From Dendrobates tinctorius (Eukaryota), in NCBI RefSeq assembly GCF_039654945.1, contig NW_027361697.1:30132001-30196000 (forward strand): a stretch of DNA of 64,000 nt, in the 5' to 3' direction. How positions within the stretch are numbered: the first letter of the stretch is position 1; each line of letters starts with the position of its first letter. Shown one piece after another: positions 13,361 through 25,614 of the stretch. The notes under the pieces are model-generated. The model was given only the letters and a program-made list of their open reading frames with translations. It did no database searches and was not told the DNA's origin. The position numbers and the translations under genes are program-made.

Positions 13361-16300
13361 GAGAGACAACACAATAATGCTCTTCTCTTATGGGCTAAAG
13401 GACCACTGCCCTGACAATATCTTGATCGCTGAATAGAGCCATCATATCTTCCCTCATCTTACAATGATAAAATCAAGACTTTTCTCATTCTGTCCCGTTC
13501 TATACAGTAAAGCTAATAAGAGAGATACAGACTACAGAAAGCATCAGCAACATATTGTGACTGTTCTAGTGGTCAGAGTGAAAACTAGAAATATTTTATA
13601 ATTTTATGTGGACAGACACATAAAAAAAACATTTAAAGCCACTTATAATCAACATTAGAATTAAACACTTGATTTAAAAGGAACTATCACTTCATTCATG
13701 CTGTCCAAACCACTGGCAGAGCCCAGCTGCATGATTGCAGCCAGGTATTACTTTCTCTGTTCTCCAGCATTTCAGAGAAAATATAGTTTGAAGAGCTGAT
13801 CGGGAACTGTAGGAAGATATGAAACTAGTTCGGCACTGCACCTGGCTGGATTCTCTTCCCAGTGCTGTATGTGATTGACAGGTCTCTCCCATATGATTAC
13901 TTATCGAAAGACCTGTCAATCGCCTCAACCAGCACTGGGAAAAGCAAACCGAGAGACTAGTCTCTTCTCTGCCATTGACAAAAGGCATTTTAGACCCAAG
14001 AGTCATTTTAGATCCAAGAAGTATCTTCCATACAAGCATTAGTTCGGATGTCACACTTACTCCTGCTCTGCATATGCAGTCCCAATTTGTGTAATCTAAC
14101 AGTATTTCGTAAGTCTGAGTAAGAGAAGAAAAATGTCCAGCAGTTCACAGCTTAAACTTACAATGGCAAAACTGAAAAATGACAATTACCAGCTATGGAA
14201 CTTTAAACTCAAAATTCTGCTATTCAGAGATGATTTGTGGAACATTATTACTACAGAGAGACCACAGGTTAATATTCAGGAATGGGACAAGAAAAACAAA
14301 CAGGCAAAAGCCATTATAGGCTTATTAGTGGAGGATGATTAGCAGATTCACACCACATGAGAACACTGCTAAAGGCATGTGAGATGAACTACAAAAGCTG
14401 CACAAGAAATCCAGTCAAAACAACAAGTTATTTTGCAAAGAAAACCGTACAAAGCTACATTAGCAAAGAAAAAGATATGCAGGAGAGGAGCCCATAAATT
14501 CAATGCACAACTGAAATCACAGGGTTAGGGTATAAAAGACAGCAGCCATATCACCATGACACATATAATGCACTCTAACAAGACCTGACACAGAATTGGT
14601 AAAGACCAGACTAGTATATGAATACCAAGAGAAAAAATGTTCAGGAATATACAGAAAGTAGCAGTAGGATCACTGTTAAAGTGACAGTTACAAAGTCACC
14701 CAAGAAGAGAGAATGTTTCAGATGCAACAAACAGGAATACATGAAGAAAAACATACAATATGGAAAGTAGAACAGCAGATCCGATGTCATGACTCTGGAC
14801 AGGATAGTTCCGCCTCCATCCTGGGTCAGGTCAGGGTTAATTCTAGTTCGCCTCTCTTTGGTTCTGTTACAGAGGCTATTTACTGTTTTCAGTTCCTGGA
14901 TTTGTTGTCGGTGATACTTCCGTTTACTCGGTTTGTGGTTGCTGACCCAGGTTACTCGTCTGTAAAAATTGTGCCTTTGTGCTTGTGTGCTTGCTGTGTA
15001 TGACCCGGTTTGTCCCCTGACTTTTGCCTCCGTATTCTGTGTTGTACTGCCCTGTCCTTCCTGGTTCTTTGATCCCTTGGCTCATCGCTGTTTACTATCT
15101 GTCTTATCCTTAGGTACCATTATCTCGTCTGGCTTTTGACCCTTGGCTCTCCTTTAACTAGCTTTACTTTCCGTGCCCGGTACTCTGCGTGCTCAGCTGC
15201 CTTCCTTGTTCTCACACACGGTGACTCCGCCCCCTGGTCACGTGTCTGCTTAGTTCAAGGTCCTGTGCTCACTGCTTAGGCCTGTTTCACACATCAGTTT
15301 TTCACCATCAGTCAAAATCCACCAAAATTTGAATATGGCGGATCCGCTTTTCTTGTGGCGGATCCGCCATTTTTTCCCATTGAGATACATTAGTGGCGGA
15401 TGGTCGTCCATTACGTCCGCTATTCGGCGGATCCGCCAGATTTCTGGCGGATTCTGTCTGAGGTGAACGGACTTTGCAACGTTTTTTGGCGCCGTCAAAA
15501 TGGCAGGAGACGGCGGATCCGCCGTCGTCCGCCATGTGGTAGAATGGGTGCCTATGGGCGGCGGATCCGCCGGGATCCGCTACTTTGCGGAATCCGCCGG
15601 CGGAATCCGCTAAATCGCACTGAGCATGCTCAGAAAAAAAGATACTCTTCCAGACAGTCGAAAAACTATATAAGGTGGGCTAATTAATCATTGGGCCCAA
15701 ACATCCGGCACCAGCCACACTGAAGACACAGAGCCAGCCAGCACCTGCCCAGCAGAAAGACCCCCAGCTGAGAAGAAAGAGAGAGACAGAACCTGCCAGC
15801 CAGCCATAGCCTGCCATAACCTGCCCAGCAGCAAGACCCCCAGCTGCAAGACCCCTGGAGCAAGAGGCCTGCCAGCACCTGCCCAGCTGCCCAGCACCAA
15901 TCCAGGACGGAGAGGCCTGCCATTGCACGAACAGCCTGCTACCAAAGCCTGCAATTGTGAATTGTGTGAATATTAAACTATTTGTGTGTGGCCTGTCTGT
16001 GTGTGTGGCCTGTCTGTGTGTGTGTGGCCTGCGTGTTTGTGTGTGTGTGTGGTCTGCCTTCCTGCATGTATGTTCGTGACCTCCCTGTGTTGCATGTCTG
16101 TGTGTGTGTGTATTTTTTTATGCTTTTTGAATCATACTTTAATTGTTTTTCTGTTGCATGTGTACTGAATTTTATGTTCATAGTGCTGTAATTTTATTTG
16201 CATATTTGCAATTGTGCTGTGATTGTGTTGTGTATTGTATGTGGTGTAACTGTGGTGTTGTATGTGGTGTTACTGTAGTATATCACTGTTTTTTTATTTT

Positions 16301-16473
16301 TCATTTATTGTGGTATTTAAAATAAAGAGCAGAGTAGCTCATACTTGTAAAAAAAAAAATTAATAAAAACTGTTTATAAAAACTGTCCGTAGTATTATTT
16401 TAAAACCAGGTAAAATTAAGTATGGGTATATGTGCAAAAAAAGGTAACATTAAGTGTTGGTTTTTGGTATACA

Positions 16474-17299
16474 AGTGTGGTTATACTCTCAAATGAGAGA
16501 TTGTAAGGGAATTTACACATGCAACCACTTGGGTATACTCTCAGTGAGAGTTTCAGGGAATTACACACATCCAATCACAGTGTGGTTACACTCTCAGTGA
16601 GAGATTGTAATGGAATTTACACACATGCAAACACTTGGGTATACTCTCAGTGAGAGTTTCAGGGAATTACACATGCAATCACAGTGTGGTTACACTCTCA
16701 GTGGGAGATTTTCAGGGAATTTACACACATGCAATCACTTGGGTATACTCTCAGTGAGAGTTTCAGGGAATTACACACATCCAATCACAGTGTGGTTACC
16801 CTCTCAGTGAGAGATTTTCAGGGAATTTACACACAGGAAAACACTTGGGTATACTCTCAGTGAGAGTTTCAGGGAATTACACACATGCAATCACAGTGTG
16901 GTTACACTCTCAGTGAGAGATTTTCTGGGAATTTACACCCATGCAAACACTTGGGTATACTCTCAGTGAGAGTTTCAGGGAATTACACACATCCAATCAG
17001 TGTGGTTACCCTCTCAGTGAGAGATTTTCAGGGAATTTACACACATGCAAACACTTGGGTATACTCTCAGCGAGAGTTTCAGGGAATTACACACATGCAA
17101 TCACAGTGTGGTTACGCTCTCAGTGAGATTTTCAGGGAATTTACACACATGCAAACACTTGGGTATACTCTCAGTGAGAGTTTCAGGAAATTACACACAT
17201 CCAATCACACTATGGTTACCTGAGAGATTTTCAGGGAATTAACACACATGCAAACACTTGGGTATACTCTCAGTGAGAGTTTCAGGGAATTACACACAT
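16474..17299. repeat. Tandem array of 16 alternating A/B monomers (about 50-55 bp) inside Harbinger-1
   Basis: CACTTGGGTATAC recurs every 99-106 bp (8 copies); most monomers carry the palindrome CTCTCAGTGAGAG. Confidence 0.95.
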
Positions 17300-17719
17300 T
17301 AATACCAATGAAGATTTTTTTTATGTTATTAAAATTCTCTTTATACTTGCAGATCCGTTCAGGAAGAACCCAGCAGGCAGCAGCAGACCCGCAAAGCCGC
17401 AGCAGAGCCACCAGACCCACATAGGAAAACCTTCAGTTTTCCCAGTAAGTATAAAGGCCAGAAAGCTTTTGCTATCATTTGTATAGTAGGTTAACAAGTG
17501 TATTTATACTTGCAGATCCGTTCAGGAAGGACCCACCAGGCCGCAGCAGAGCCACCAGACCCACATAGGAAAACCTTCAGTTTTCCCAGTAAGTATAAAG
17601 GCCTGAAAGCTTTTGTTATCCTTTGTATAGTAGCTTAACAAGAGTCTTTATACTTGCAGATCCATTCAGGAAGGACCCGCCAGCCACACCGCAGCAGACC
17701 CACAAGCCAGGCCGCAGCA

Positions 17720-19741
17720 ATGTCTTCTTCTGAGAGCTCCCCCTCACATCATTAGTGAACTGAGGTAAAAAAAAATTTTTCTTATTTTACTTTTTTTTTT
17801 AACCCTATAAGTATGTATTATGTTTTCACAGGAAGCTGAATCTGAGGAGCTTCCAGGAGGAAACATACAGGGTGGAGAAATGCAAGGAGGGGGCACACAG
17901 AGTGTAAGTTTAGCATATACAAAAAGTCACATACATACATACATAATGCTACACCCAACACAAACTTTCATCACAGCACACACAATAGCTACGCATCCAT
18001 CCAACCCAAACATTTTTTTTTTTTTACAGTCTTCAGAATCCGGTGCCCGCACTAGAGCGACTCCCAGGACATCCCAGCGTCGTCGAGGTGATGCCTCTGG
18101 TGGTCAGCGAAGGTAAGTCAACCTTTATTTGGGTGATTGATTAATGAACCTCACGTGTTTGAATGTAATCATTTTTTTTTGTTTATTTTTTTTCTTCACA
18201 GGTTTCACAGCGTGCTCCCCACAGACATGTGGAAGAGGCTCTTCTCATTGATGTTGACCTCCTCATTGAGGTTGTGCAACCACGGGAGCTGCTGTGGAAC
18301 ATGGCAAACCGCTTACATGCCGACCAACCAACCACCCGACGGCTATGGGATGAGGTGTGTTCGGAGGTTGTAGAGAACTGGGAGGAGCTCGATGCAAGGG
18401 CCAGGGATTTTGTGCGTAAGTATTCCAATTTCAGTAACTTATATTCTAGCATGTGAAGTGTTGAATACTAACCACTTTTTTTTTTCTTCACAGGTGACAG
18501 GGTTATCATACAGTGGCGGTCGCTCAGGGATCGCTTCAAGAGGGACCTCAACAAGGAGATGCAGGCCCCGAGTGGATCGGGAGGATGCAGGAGCACCCCG
18601 TATAAACATTACAGAGCCCTGTCGTTCTTCTGGTCAACGATGGTGAGCAGAAGGTAAATATTCCACACACCATATCTGTAGTACAAATGTTTACATGTTT
18701 TACCTATTTTTTTTTTCAGCAATGTTAAATGAAATATCAATATATTAATATATTTTTTTTTCTCTTTTTTAGCACTGTCTGCAGCACTCGGGAGCCTGCT
18801 TCTGAGTTGCCTCCCTCTGGAGGGATCTCTTTGGAGACTGCCACCGGTGACCACATCGAGGTATCCCACCCCTCTCTACCTTCCCTCTTGTCTCGTCCCT
18901 CTATCCCCTCCACCAGCACTGGAGCAGCAGGGCAGACTTCATCACATGAAGCTGCTGGTGACAATTGACAGTACCCTTTGCCCCACCCCTCTGACACTGC
19001 CGCAACATCTCGACCAACTTTTGGTTCTGGACGGCAGTGTCTGAGAGGTCTGGAAAGGATGACCTTGTCTAACTGTTTGAGTCTGAACTCATCCGTCCAG
19101 AATGCTTTCCAGATTTATGGTCAGCAGTTAGCTTCTGGGTTGAACATGATAAATCAAAGTATCATGGAACTCAGAAGTTACATGGAATTGATGAATGCAG
19201 AGTCAAACCAGATGCCGAGACATATTTTTTTTCATTCAGTTGTCCGGCAAATGGAAGGTTTAAATACTCACCAGCAGATGCATGTGATGCAAGCCTGTCA
19301 CAATGCTCTAGTTTCTGCAATGTCCGAAGCATCTCATGCACCTATTCCATCACCTCATTCCACCATCCATCCTCCCTCTGTCCATCCTCCCTCTGTCCAT
19401 CCTTCCCCCGTCCATCCTTCCACCGTCCATTCTTCCACCACCATCCATCCTCCTACCACCATCCATCCTCCTACCACTCCTTCTCCTTTCTCTAGTTCCC
19501 CATTCCATTCTTCCCAGTACCTTCCTTCCTCATTGCATTATACCCACCCCCACAAACACCTTCAATGTTCCCACAAACCTCCTCTGTCCATCAACTCCCG
19601 TTCCAACCTCATGTTTTCAACCCCCCTTCCACTTCTGATCCTCACCAACTCCGTTCCCAGTCCTCCACTCACCCCCTCGATGTGGTCAACCCTATTAACC
19701 CCTCCGATGATATCTCCACCCAACAATACCGGCATCTTTAA
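17720..19741 (+). pseudogene. Harbinger MADF/Myb-like partner gene, multi-exon, inactivated
   Basis: Exons are collinear with those of element 2 (17660-17764, 17832-17903, 18030-18112, 18203-18415 IDVDLLIEVVQPRELLWNMANR, about 18494-18653, 18773-19741); TAG TGA in the first coding exon and frameshifts downstream. Confidence 0.85.
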
Positions 19742-20149
19742 GTTTGTAAAAAAATTAAAAATTTTTATAAAAAATTAAAATAACAGTTTTTTTCTAAAAA
19801 ATTAAAATAACAGCAGTATTTTAAAAAATGCAAAAATAAACATGTTTTTGTTTCAAAAATATTTTATTGCGTAGTTTCCTTTTTTTATTTAGTTCTTGGT
19901 AAAAGGTTGAAAGTACACCGGTGGTGTACAGATACAAATACACAACACGTGGTAACATTTCAAAGTACACCGGTGGTGTAAAGGTACAAAAAACACAACA
20001 CTTGGTAAAGTACACTGGTGGTGTAAAGGTAAAAAAACACAACACTGTTATTACCCACAATTGGTGTAAAGGTATCAAAACTAAAAAGGAAAAATTACTA
20101 AAGTTTTTCTTATCCAAAAAAGGAACCTTGGTAAAAAAAAAAAAAAAAA

Positions 20150-21484
20150 TTATACCTTGTCATCTTGCCATTCAACTCTTCCTTCTGGTGACAGAAAATA
20201 ATCCGCAAATGTGTCCCTCATTCTTGACACTGACACAGTACTCCTAACACTTGTCTGCTGATAATCCCACAAGGTGGTTTCACAAACATTTTCTTCCATG
20301 GAAACAGGTTCCTTTGAAAGTACAAAATTGTGCAGGATGTCACATGGCTTCACCACCTCATCCACAGTCTCAGTTTTCATTTTTATGGCCGTTAACAGAA
20401 CTCTCCATTTTGCAGTTAAAATCCCAAAAGCGCACTCCACCACTCTTCGCGCTCTTGTCAATCGATAGTTAAATATTTTTTTGCTGTGTGTCAATCCATG
20501 ACTGCCATATGGCTTGAGAAGATGTTTGGACAGTTGAAATGTGCCATCACCAACACACACAAATGGCATTGGTGGGCCTGTTGTTCCAGGGAGTCTTGGA
20601 GGTGGGAAATCAAAATTGTGTCCGTACAAACGACGGCCCATTGTGGACATCTTGAACACCTGAGAATCATTTGATCGACCATACGCACCAATGTCCACAG
20701 CAATAAATTTGCATTTGGAGTCTGCAATGGCCATCAGTACAATGGAGAAGAATTTCTTGTAGTTGAAAAATTCTGATCCAGATCCAATGGGTTTCACAAT
20801 CCTTATATGCTTCCCATCAACTGCACCAACACAATTTGGAAACTGGCAGATTTCTTGAAAGCTGTCGGAAATCTCCAGCCACCTCTCCTGTGTTGGCTCT
20901 GGGATGTACTCCTTGTGTAGACAATCCCACAATTCCGGGCAGGTCTGTTGGACAATTCCAGATATTGTTGAAATCCCAAACCGGAACTGGTAATGGAGGG
21001 AGGTGAAGGATTCTCCAGTTGCCAGGAATCTGGTAAAAAAAAGGGATAAAAGTAAAATTAATACAAACTAAAAGCCATAACATAACAATAAAAGTCTGCA
21101 GAATCTGAAAACTTCTAAAAAATGGATAACTTACCGAAGGGTCACCATCAAACGCTCCGCCGGTGAAATAGAAAAGCGCATGTAGGTGTCCCTTCTCCAG
21201 ATCTGTGCTCCAACACACTCCACCAATATCTCAAACAGGTCGTGCCTCATCCGCACATAATTGAAGAACTTGTCCGGATTATCCCTCAATTCCAGATACA
21301 GTGTAGAAAACACGCCAAGGGTAAATCTCTGTGCATTTATCGGATGAATCCACTGCCGTCGTCTCTTCATGCGTTGGATTCACAGTCTTCTTTTCTCCCT
21401 CTGGAGAGCAATAATTGCCAACCGATTGCATTGAAAATCAAATTCCACACAGAAGCTGTTAATAATCGCAATGACTCCTTCTAT
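20150..21484 (-). pseudogene. Harbinger DDE transposase, 2 exons (21484-21135, 21029-20150), inactivated at the 5' end
   Basis: GAVDGKHI, GDGTF and RRVVECAFG motifs; GT-AG intron at the same position as in element 2; start codon appears mutated to ATA and there is an in-frame TGA before MKRRRQW. Confidence 0.9.
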
Positions 21485-22479
21485 CTGTGCCACTAGCTCT
21501 AAAACCTTTCAAAGATATTGTTTTACAACACCATAGATATAGTTTCCCCTAGTTTCCAGGAGCCAATCACATTTGGGAGCATTTTCCAAGAGCCAATCAT
21601 ATTTGGGAGCATCCCATTTTGTAGGTGTGGAAAAACGGATCCGTCAGCAAACGGATCCAACGGATGGCAAAAACGGATGCCAGCGGATGGTACGGATCCG
21701 GTTCTTGACGGATCCGTACAAAAATCAGTCTAGCGGATCCGGCAAAAAACGGATCCGTACCATCCGCTGGCATCAGTTTTTCCACATTTTTAGCGGATCC
21801 GCCATTTTCAAATTTGGGCGGATTTTGACTGATGGTGAAAAACTGATGTGTGAAACAGGCCTTAGTCTCAGGTCTTTGCGCACTGTGTGCCTTGTTCCTC
21901 CACTCCCTACGCTCGTTCATGTGCCCCTTGATAGCGCCCCTAGCCTGCCCCAGTGACACCATCGGTGTCATTACATCCATTTTCCAAATGAGACTAATCA
22001 AAAGGTCAAAGCTACAAGCACTGATCCATGTGCAGTGACAAATAATCAGACATTTCAATTAAATCCAGAGCAACAAGTCATATGACAAATGCTATAAACT
22101 TTTTCATACAACTTGACTTAAATACCAAAGAAACAATCTATCTTGCTGATGGAAGCAGAATAAAAGCCAAAGGTACTGGACATGGAATCCTGAAGTGCCC
22201 CAGTAAAAATTGACAAAATCTAATCATATCAGTAAAAGACATGTTGTATGATCCCAGTGTAGAAGAAGGAATGCTATCTGTAACAAATAAAGTAACGTTC
22301 GTTCTGGGTGGTGAATGAGTTTGATGAAAGCTGAAATCTGCCTTACTTACCAATTCCAGGTCACAAAACGAATGCACTACAGGATGCGGCAGGCCCCATG
22401 ATAAAAGGCAGAAGGAGCACAAATAAAAGATACTAATAAAACAACCACTCACACATGTAGCATTCATTGATAGGGTGGT

Positions 22480-22650
22480 TGCCTAGTATTTTAAATGCAC
22501 ACGCATAAGGCTTGTATAGAACACCAGTCACACAGATATCTGCAGTACACCATGGCGGCTTACAGCATATTGTTCAAACCCATGCTATTATTATCTGTGT
22601 GACTGGCGTCTTATACAAGCTGTATCTGTGTGCATTTGGATTCTAGGCAA
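22480..22650. repeat. Imperfect inverted repeat (about 60-bp arms)
   Basis: TTGCCTAG...AATGCACA...GCTTGTATA...CCAGTCACACAGATA pairs with TATCTGTGTGACTGG...TATACAAGC...TGTGCATTT...CTAGGCAA. Confidence 0.7.
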
Positions 22651-22917
22651 AATGTTTCCACAATGCTTTATATATTCGTTTTCTTCTACTATGGATTTTT
22701 GCAATGTTTGTTGAAATAACAGTAACCATTTATATTAGTGTTATGTCTACACTATGTTGGATAGAATTAATGGAATGGAATAATGGAACATATCCTAAAT
22801 CTATGGAACATCTCATTTGACATTGACCAGCTGCTTATGTGCATGTCCAATGCTTGCTGGGTGGGTCCATGCAGTGGATGGCCAATACCTTTTGCCCCAT
22901 TCTGAACCCTCAATAGT

Positions 22918-23896
22918 TGTGTAATGGGATGGAGTGCAGGAAGAGCCGTGGGAGGGCTGCCTCCTCTGCTCCATGCCTGGAACCATTGAACAGGGCAGTA
23001 GGTTCCCCGGGGGACAGTGGAGGGGCTGAAGACAGGAAGCCAGTAGAGCGGGAAAACAGCGCGCGCTTTGCTCAGAGCAGCCTGGGCAGGAGACGGGGAA
23101 GGACGCTGACGCAGACTGGGGAAGAGTCAGAGCTCCCGGTCACAGAGTAAATACCGGAGTACCGCGCACAGATAGCAGACCGTGAGTACGTGAGACTGTG
23201 TACTGCGGAGACGGCAGAGGTGCGCCCTAACCCCCGTGGACAGACTGAGACCTGCAGAGAAGCAGGGACCGCAGCCCGTGACTATGTAAAGTTGGAGTCT
23301 GCAGTGACAGATGAAGTGTGTCCTGATCCCCGTGTGAAGTCTGTGTCCAGTGCAAAGGCAGCAGCTGGTAAAAAGGCAGCAGCTATAGTGGAGACAGTAG
23401 CACGTGCAGAGGCAGTGATCTGTGCTGAGAGATCTAACAGGGGACGGAGAGTTGTTTCCCCTGGGAGAGGCTGTATGCTGTGATTAGACTCTTCCCTGCA
23501 AAGAGGCTGTGTGCAGTGACAGGGCTGTGACCTCCTTAGAGAGACTGAGCCACATACAAGGTTGCAGTGACCTATGTGTTAATGCAGAGCCCCTGATTCC
23601 GGTGAGAAAGCACCACTGCGGAGTAAGAGAGAAGGACTTGGAGCAAAGCGGATATCTTCAGCCTCATATCCCTCTGGCTCCCTCTGTAACCCCTTGTACC
23701 CCGGCTGGACATCGTTACAGGCCCAGGATACAGAGTAGACTACAAGCGCTGCTGGTGATTCGGCGCCAATGTTGGAGAAGAGTGACCCCTTCAATCAAGA
23801 CTCCTGCAGACTGATAGTTGTCACCATAGGAAAATAACTCTTGTTACTGTTTAAATACTGTTTATGCTTTTTGGCTGTTTGCTAAACCCGTTCACA
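22918..23896. mobile_element. Possible solo LTR
   Basis: GC-rich block with TG...CA ends and short internal repeats; no TSD found. Confidence 0.35.
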
Positions 23897-24067
23897 TTAT
23901 ATTCATATATACACCGTTATTTTGCCTGTATAATTCCCTGTAAGTAAACCTCCCCTTTAACTGTTGGTCCGCCTGCTCCGTGGTGACATACCTATTCCTG
24001 CACTTTATTACACTTGTACATAGCATGCAACAAACCCCTTTTATATCACACAGGCTCCTATTCATCA

Positions 24068-24503
24068 AATAATAATAATCATAATCTTTATATAGCGCCA
24101 ACATGTTCCGCAGCGCTTTACAGTTTAACAGTTTCAAAACACAAGTCATAAGTAACAACGTTAACAATACAGTAATTAAAGCAAAATAAGACGACCCTGC
24201 TTGTGAGAGCTTACAATCTACAATGAGGTGAGGGAGATACAAAGTACAGGTGTGCATTTACAATGGTGTATTTACAATGATGGTCCAGCCATCTTGAGGG
24301 AGTGAGGGATGGATGGAGATACTGAATGGGCTACACACGCACACTTACACATAGAATGATTGTGATTAGTGAACGTGATAAGCCGCTCTGAACAAATGTG
24401 TTTTGAAGGAGCACCTGAAACTATGCAAATTGTGGTTAGTCCTAATTTCTTCGGGTAGAACATTCCAGAGGATTGGCGCAGCACGGGAGAAGTCTTGGAG
24501 TCA
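24068..24503 (-). mobile_element. L2-type LINE 3' end fragment
   Basis: (AAT)n tail followed by ATAGCGCCAACATGTTCCGCAGCGCTTTACA, the reverse complement of the 3' end at 43400-43470. Confidence 0.85.
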
Positions 24504-25614
24504 AAGCAATTATGCTAGCGTGAAAAGTTTTGAAAAGTGTAAAGATGTTTGCGCATTTTTAAAAAAGTTTCGTTCAGCTCCACCACAATGGATGGAGCTG
24601 GGGTGCAACCTGTGTATGATGCTTGTCAAATTCATGACGAACTGTGGCATGCCTAAGCCAGAAATCTTACTTAAGTCCTTAACTGGAGTAATAATTGCGG
24701 CGAGGTGTACAGAGGCGCACGCCACTTACCAGACTCTCTGGATTCATTAAAAGGTATGCGCCTCTTAAAGAATCAGGAGCACGTGACTCTTTCACGTACC
24801 CGTGAACATCGCTGGTCTTGATTAATCAGGGCCACAGACTCTATTTTGCATAGATTTCCCTCTGCACAACATCTAAGTATGCTTGATTTTATCATAGCGA
24901 ATACGAATAAAACTTGGGTGAACATCTGAAACAGTGAAAAGGATGAACCAACAATTTGCTTTAATAATGTTTCCCCCACAGAACCATGGCTACTGTTATG
25001 ATACCTTCCTCTCGACATTACAGGTGACCAGAACCCTTCTTCCTTTACTTAAAATTCTGATGGTTGCCCCTATAGTAGCAATAGTGCACTTGGCAAAACG
25101 CATGATCATTCAGAGACATAAGAATCAAGACAAGTGTAGAAATATATTATGCAGCAAAGGAGTTTCAGAAAATGTATAACGCACACATCTCACTTTTGGG
25201 AATTGAAAAAAAAACAGTTTTACGCATATTGCACAACAAAGATTTCCGTTGATAAGCAAAACATTTACAGAGCAGGTTCTGTATTCATAGCAAACACTTC
25301 ACAGGCACCAGCTCTAAAAACGTGGTGGTTTTCTTTCCTTTTGCACCATCTAGCGGGCAGAATGTGAAATAGCTGAAACCTGATGACTTTGAAGGGAAAA
25401 TGTCACCATTACAGTCTGCTTTAACTTAAGAGATGTCCTAGAAAAGAAAAAGCCAACAGGAGCTGAAGCGCTCCCACAATTGCCCCATGAAATAAATATT
25501 GCGCTTTACAAGCTAAAGTGCTACTATTCAACCACCTTGTTATGCAGTACATTAAAGGCTACGGACACCTTTGACATAAAAAAATCAAATATTTTTACAA
25601 ATGGTATTGGTTAC

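Larger units (their letters stand above)
15279..21861. mobile_element. PIF/Harbinger transposon 1 (6.6 kb, full length, both genes inactivated)
   Basis: TIR GGCCTGTTTCACACATCAGTTTTTCACCATCAGTCAAAATCC at both ends; TTA TSD; subterminal CGGATCCG arrays; convergent transposase and MADF genes. Confidence 0.96.
14785..21975 (+). mobile_element. Solo LTR inserted in Copia and itself interrupted by Harbinger-1
   Basis: TGTCATGAC start at 14785; resumes after the TTA TSD at 21862 and ends near CATTACA; imperfect flanks TCCGA/TCCAT. Confidence 0.55.
14133..22300 (+). pseudogene. Ty1/Copia gag-protease remnant split by nested insertions
   Basis: ORF 14133-14342 KLKNDNYQLWNFKLKILL...LW is a Copia gag N-terminus; CFRC knuckle remnant near 14712; protease remnants ATSHMTN and IYLADGSRIKAKGTG resume after about 21976. 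Confidence 0.75.

Noticed and set aside
15978-16325. Cys/Val-rich ORFs
   Set aside because: Derived from (TG)n-like low-complexity sequence.
16474-17299. Regular palindromic repeats superficially like a CRISPR array
   Set aside because: The intervening sequences are repeated rather than unique spacers, there are no cas-like ORFs, and the context is a eukaryotic transposon.
24510-25200. Possible Penelope RT/GIY-YIG remnant
   Set aside because: Only vague similarity by eye, with no intact motif; needs TBLASTN.
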